Of a DNA stretch of 64,000 nucleotides, positions 57,525 through 64,000 are shown in pieces (positions within the stretch are counted from its first letter, which is position 1; the number at the start of each line of letters is the position of its first letter). Under the pieces are notes generated by a model, which made no database searches, was not told the origin of the DNA, and was given only the letters and a program-made list of their open reading frames with translations. Position numbers and translations under genes: made by a program. The DNA lies in assembly GCA_951406725.2 (NCBI GenBank), contig OX597819.1:122636001-122700000 (forward strand), read 5' to 3'. The stretch comes from Octopus vulgaris. Its lineage: Eukaryota.

Positions 57525-58812
57525 TATTGGGTCGGCAACTAAGTTCCTACCGTTTTTTAAAAAATTTCGGATTTAATTGCGTTTTTAAATTTTGGAATCT
57601 TTTTTTTTTCGAGAATTCTATTTTATAATTATTTTGGAATCGTTTTTGTTTTTATTTTCTATTAATTTTTGATTATTTTCTGATCATTAAAATGAAATGT
57701 CAAGTTAAGAAAAACGAGCATTTTAGACACCTCCTTCTTTTTACTTTTAATCAAGGTTCTAAGGCCGCAAAATCTGCTCGCGACATTTATGTTGTGCATG
57801 GAGAGGCTGCCATAGCTGAAAGAATCGCTCGTGATTGGTATGCCAAGTTCAAAAATGAAAGTTTTGACCTCAAAGACGCTCCTCATTCTGGCCGTCCAGT
57901 TGAGTTCGATGAAGAGCGATTAAACCATCTTTTCACGAAAATTCTCGTCAATCGACAAGGGAACTGGCAGAGAAAATGGAATTCTCCCACACTGCTATAG
58001 AGAAGCATCTCCAATCGATGAGAAAGGTTCAGAAGTATGGAGCATGGGTTCCGCATGCTTTAAGTGACAACAACAAAAATCAACGAGTCATAATCTCCGC
58101 TGGTTTGCTTGCTCGTCACCGCTCAACTCATGGACGCAAGCAACGATTTCTTTACCGAATCGCTACTGACGACGAAAAATGGTGCTTGTACTTCATTATG
58201 AAGCAGCGTGAGGAATGGCTTAGCTCCGGTAAACAAGCGACACCGCGCATGAAACAAGATCTTTATCCGCGTAAAACGATGTTGTGCATATGGTGGGACT
58301 GGGAAGGGATTATCCATTACGAATTGCTTGAACGGAACCAAACGGTCAACGCGGAACTCTATGTTCAACAGATGGAACGACTCAACACGGGTATTCGAGA
58401 GAAAAGACCTAATCGGCAGCATGGAGTTCTGCTGCACGACAACACCCGCCCTCATATCGCCAAGATGACCAAGGAAGCCATTCAAACGCATGGCTGGAAA
58501 GTGCTGCCACACCCGCCGTACTCTCCTGATTTGGCACCAATGGATTTCCACCTCTTTCGATCTGTTTCAAATGCTATACGCGGAGTTTCGTTCAATACTG
58601 ATGTAGAATTGAAAGCTTCGTTGGATCAATTTTTCGAGTCGAAATCGGGTGATTTCTACCAACGAGCTATTGAAAATCTTGTTGAACGTTGGAAAGAAGT
58701 TGTAAACAACAAACGTGAATACACTATTGGTTAATTAGTTGTTAGTTTTTATTAAACCTTTTAAAAAATTTAAATTTATAAAAACGGTGGGAACTTGGTT
58801 GCCAACCCAATA
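57525..58812 (+). mobile_element. Full-length mariner (DD34D) transposon
   Basis: TIRs tattgggtcggcaactaagttcctaccgtttt / aaaacggtgggaacttggttgccaacccaata; TA on both sides; ~1.29 kb. Confidence 0.95.
57692..58734 (+). pseudogene. Mariner transposase, frameshifted near 57930
   Basis: HTH region (AARDIY..W.AKFK..SGRP), WVPHAL, TDDEKW, LHDNTRPH, HPPYSPDLAPMDFHLF; split over ORFs 57692-58000 and 57976-58734. Confidence 0.92.
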
Positions 58813-59719
58813 TATCCAGGTAAATATGTGCGTGCATGTAAGGGTGTGTGTATTTGTGTGTGTATACATATATATATATATAGGCGTATGCATGTTTGTT
58901 TATATATATGTATATGTGTATATATGTTTGTTTATGTATGTGTATATATGTATGTATGTGTAGGTACATGTATGCGTATCTATGTATTTATGTCTACGTA
59001 TATGTATATATATAAACATGTGTGTATATATATATCTGTGTGTGTGTATGTGCGCATAGATATATGTAGTTATTTGTGGGTATGAACATGTGTATGTATT
59101 TATGCATCGGTGTATGTATTTATGTATGTGCGTATGTATGTATGTTTGTATATATGCATGTACGTATATCTGCGTCTGTATGGATGTATATATAGACATA
59201 TATATATGTGTGTGTGTGTGTGTGTATGCAAGTATGCATGCATGTATATAGATACGTATATATGCATGTTGTGTGGGTCTGTGTATGTGTGTGTAGGTGA
59301 CTATGAGAGTATTTGAGTGTTATGTCTGTACGCGCATGTGTGTGCGGGTTTCCGCGCGCGCGCGTGTGTGTGTGTGTGTGTGCGTGCGCACGCGCATGCG
59401 CGTGTGCACCCGTACTCCTCTGAGTTTATATACGTGTGAACGTATCTATGTGTACATTTCTGGGTGTATGTTCGTCATTTACTATTACTAATTCTACATC
59501 TCCCCTAATGCCGAAACACTCTAAACTCGCAAATTATAGGTCTCCCCACAACATATATCTTTAGCATCCTCATCCTTAGACTCTAGTCTATTGTCTAGTT
59601 ATCTTTTTCATAGACCGTTTCCCTTTAAGTTGTCGCTAATGTAACTGTGCAGTCAAATACATTTTATCGGACGAATCTTGGCAACAGTCGCCCTGACAGT
59701 ACTGGATGACACTCTCCAG

Positions 59720-59770
59720 CTTCTTCTTCTTCTTCTTCTTCTTCTTCTTCTTCTTCTTCTTCTTCTTCTT

Positions 59771-59801
<31 letters not shown>

Positions 59802-59838
59802 TTCTTCTTCTTCTTCTTCTTCTTCTTCTTCTTCTTCT

Positions 59839-59885
<47 letters not shown>

Positions 59886-59910
59886 TTTCCCTTCTCCTTC
59901 TGCTTCTTCC
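59720..59910. repeat. (CTT)n microsatellite
   Basis: Direct reading of the sequence. Confidence 0.95.
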
Positions 59911-60027
59911 GATTCTTCTCTTTCACCTATTCATTATCCCCCATTTTCTCTGCATATATATACATACAACATACAAACATACACACACACACATATATAT
60001 ATATATACACATACATACACACACACG

Positions 60028-60112
<85 letters not shown>

Positions 60113-60302
60113 GAGAGAAAGAGAGAATTTAACTTTATATATAATTTGTATTTTTTGCTGAAATCACCGACGAGGTAAATAGATAAGATTCTGCAATTTT
60201 GAACAAACGACTGCGTAATCTTTTCTCTTGATTTACAGAAACAAGTTTATGTTTTATAAAACTTAAAATGCCAGTTTCGTTTTCTGCAATTTTCATTCAT
60301 AC

Positions 60303-60335
<33 letters not shown>

Positions 60336-60420
60336 CCAGCGGGGTGGCGTCATTTGAAAGCTAAAACAATGCGAAACGCATTGTGACCAGCGATATAGCA
60401 ACATCTATATCCTGGTCGGT

Positions 60421-60471
<51 letters not shown>

Positions 60472-60700
60472 AGGCGGTGAGCTAGCAGAATCGTTAGCCA
60501 GCGGGTGAAATGCTTAGCGGTATTTCGTCTGCCGCTACGTTCTGAGTTCGAATTCCGCCGAGGTCGACTTTGCCTTTCATCCTTTCGGGGTCGATAAATT
60601 GAGTACCAGTTTCGCAGGGTCGTTGTAATCGACTCTAATAGCCTTTGGTCTGTCCTTGTTTGTCCCCTCTATGTTTAGCCCCTTGTGGGCAATAAAGAAA
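60472..60700 (+). mobile_element. SINE family B monomer
   Basis: Complete head and body ending gggcaataaagaaa, inserted in (AT)n. Confidence 0.85.
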
Positions 60701-60769
60701 TATATATATATATAGCATACATACGCACAGATAGACACACTTACAGTCACACATACAATAGTTATCCAT

Positions 60770-61190
60770 CCTCGCGTCTTTTCCCAGTATTCCCGAGAGG
60801 GTCACGACTGTAGGAACTTGAGGTTCCTTTTACCTAGGGCCCTGCTAGAAGCACCTATCGTGAGACTTCTTGGTTGGATTTTCAAGCGTGAGCCAACTGA
60901 GACAATGAAAATTGCCCAGCCGTATTTTTCTTGGTCCACCTCTAGTACCCCTGCCGGTTGGCCCGTCTTGAAAAATCCGTCTTGTGATTCTTTCAGGTGA
61001 CATTCTGACCACATGTCCGTAGTACAAGACTGCATCGTCTCAATGCAGAGTAGTTATGGCTTGACTTCGAGACATTCACTGATCTCCAAGCTACGCACCT
61101 TGTCAACTAATATCACTTCAGAGATACTTTGGAGGAACTGCAATATTCCTGGCTAAGAGTGATAAGTGAAACTTGCTATCTTCACATGAC
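60770..61190 (-). mobile_element. RTE-like LINE 3' fragment
   Basis: YYGHVVRMSPERITRRIF..GTRGGPRK resembles the RTE C-terminal WxGHVxRM..RxRGRP motif. Confidence 0.7.
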
Positions 61191-62129
61191 TTGAAGATAG
61201 CAAGTTTGGCCTTTTTCTCAAATTTGTTTTCTTCTCACGATCGCGTGCTGGAGATGCTGTATTACGGTGTTATAATGCGATTGATTGCTGGAAGGCACTT
61301 TTCGGGAGATGTGAATAATCATGTTATAATCATTTGAATTTAAATAGTTAAAGAGAAAAAATGACAGCAAAGGAGGAACCATTATTGATCACGAAAGTGA
61401 ATGAGGCACTTTAGATAGTGAAGTGGGGCGTACATTTTAGAGGGGAGTAGAACAAGACTTTAATTAGGTGAAAACCAAGTGCGGCTAAATAGAAAGGGGA
61501 TTAATCTTTAACAAAGGGCATTACCAAAATCCCTTTATGTATTCAGCAAGTACAGGCTGATTAAAACGATAGAATTAATTTAAAATTTAAATTAATCAAC
61601 TCCATTTATCGCTGATAGAAGACAAAATAAGCAAAATGTTAATGTTCACAATTAAATGTATCGTAAGACAACAGTTGGCCATTAATAATAGTATTTAATC
61701 ATCTAATGATTATTTGCATGAAGACCTATGTGGAGTTTATATTATCTGTTATGAGAAATGGTACTATAGCTTTATTTAAAATATGGAAAGCTTTTCGTTG
61801 TAAAAATCTTAAATAAATATTTAAGATGCCCAAAATTAAGCGATCAGAGTTAAGTTAGTATTAAATGAGAAATAAATAATTTGAAATTTCGTAGTAATTT
61901 ACAAATCCGTTAAAATCGATTATCCATAGCAGAGCTTAATTTTTATTAAGAATATACACATTACGAAGATTGGATCAGATAATACTAAAGGGCTGTAAAT
62001 AGATACACAATAAAACAGAGACAAACTCACACACACAACTTATTCATACACTCATACATGCATACATACAATCATACGTATATATACATATACACACACA
62101 TATACAGAGTACATACATACATACATACA

Positions 62130-62224
<95 letters not shown>

Positions 62225-62434
62225 ATGTATGTATAATCAAAATAAGCAGCAGGATATCAAGAAGTGGTGCAGTACGACCGTTTCAAGCGGTTCCATTTAA
62301 TTGAACAATGCAATCATTACGTCAATTTGAAATATTGTTGCTTATTTTGATTTTATTTACCTTCGAGCTGTGCGAATAATACCGGACTGACTTAGCGCTT
62401 CAACTTAAGTACCCAATTCAACTGAATCTCAATT

Positions 62435-62569
<135 letters not shown>

Positions 62570-62664
62570 ATAGATACAAAGATAGATATAAGATATCAAA
62601 TGACTATAAAAGATATATAGTATGTATAGATATGTATGTATGTATGTATGATATATATATATAT

Positions 62665-62702
<38 letters not shown>

Positions 62703-64000
62703 TGTATGTATGTATGTATGTATGTATACACGTATACACACACATATATCTGAACGAAGTTCCTTCAGCTTCTAAGTAACAAATTCATTCACCTTGGTCA
62801 ATGTTTGGCTATAGTTGAAGATACTTCACCAAAGCGTCGCGCTGTGGGACTGAAGCAAAAGTCGTGTGATATCGCGCAAGCTTTTTAACAAGACAATCAT
62901 GCCCCTTAATTTTGTAATTCGGTTCGCGAAGTCATCTTTGGCAGTTTGTAAGGGGATCTGCATAACGATGTTTTATTGTTATTTATCACTTGTCTAGGAT
63001 TTTTCCTTTTATCCTTCTTCCAAAATGCCGATGTTACTAGATTAAAGGTATATATTAAGTGTGTGTATTAAATGTAAACAAATGTGTATCGAGTGTGCAC
63101 AAACTTATTTGCATAAATTTAAAAAGTTTTACGGCTGGCCAATTAATAGCAAAGTACCAGTACTTATACAGTTAAGAAACTGAGTGTATATTTAATCCGT
63201 ACTTTTTGAAGAATTATTAAAAATATATATAATAATAGGATTGATAACTTCAGATATGATTTCGTTTGATAAAATTCTTCTGGTATGTACAGACTCAGGA
63301 CTTTTAGCATTCTTGACCTAATCATAGGCAAAACTTTGTGATTAAAAAGTTCTTTATGTTCCATTTTATTGTGCGTTACTTTTGGTAACCGTCAGGTTGA
63401 CCACAGCCTGTAATTGGAATTCGATAGTCGGAAACTAACTGGAAACATTTCAGAAGTAACCCGTCACCCAGTCTATCAGCCCAGTAGAACTTTGGGTGTC
63501 TTCAAATGAGTCTGTACCACAGCATGCACTCGACCCAAATTTTGGGTCTGCAGATAACTTCCTTCCTCCTACAAGTCATAGAGGCCTTTAGAATGGTCAC
63601 GGGAAATATCATTTTTCTTTACAGCGAACAGTGTAGTTTGTTTACATATTTTTAGTCTGTTTAAAAAGAAAATCCCTCACTTAACGCATGCTCTTCAATG
63701 CAATTAATTATCGTCTGCTCAATCGAATCTTTGTTTATAAAATATGGACAACAGACGACAATAGCTAAAAGAGAAAAGAATGCAAAAAGATTATTTTTCA
63801 TAAAATAAACATACAATACATGTAGGGTCTGTCAGTCTCCAAAGTAATTGCATTGAACCCACTTGAATAACAATTACTCTAAAAGTACTTCACATCCTAA
63901 TTCCTCGCATGAAGCTGGCTCCAAACGACTTCAACTTTCATTTCATTTCGGAACGACATCTAACAGAAATGAATATTTTGTATAAAACGCAGAATTTCCA

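Noticed and set aside
63830-63960. Possible mariner relic (..LAPNDF)
   Set aside because: Too short and degenerate to support a call.

Overview
This is AT-rich, microsatellite-saturated eukaryotic non-coding DNA. The repeat repertoire strongly suggests an octopus/cephalopod genome (inference). I found no host protein-coding exon, and nearly all listed ORFs are translations of simple repeats. The window holds several tRNA-derived SINE families (one forming precise head-to-tail multimers), a full-length frameshifted mariner (57525-58812), a Tc1 remnant and MITEs. It also has a 5S rRNA-derived copy, fragments of CR1, RTE and L1/Tx1 LINEs, and a cluster of R4/Dong-like RLE-LINE fragments sitting in (AAT)n tracts (about 31.8-39.6 kb). 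The most striking signal is about 15 hammerhead-ribozyme (HHR) motifs from many unrelated short non-coding elements, often beside (AT)n or (AAT)n tracts and often with inverted partial copies, as seen in Penelope-like elements. One four-copy family has a clean hammerhead fold with a natural G3-C8 swap in the catalytic core (GUGAACA instead of CUGAnGA). Another group shows GAAA before CUGAnGA in a recurring permuted or pseudoknot-like layout. All folds were read by eye and coordinates are approximate to a few bases unless motif positions are given.
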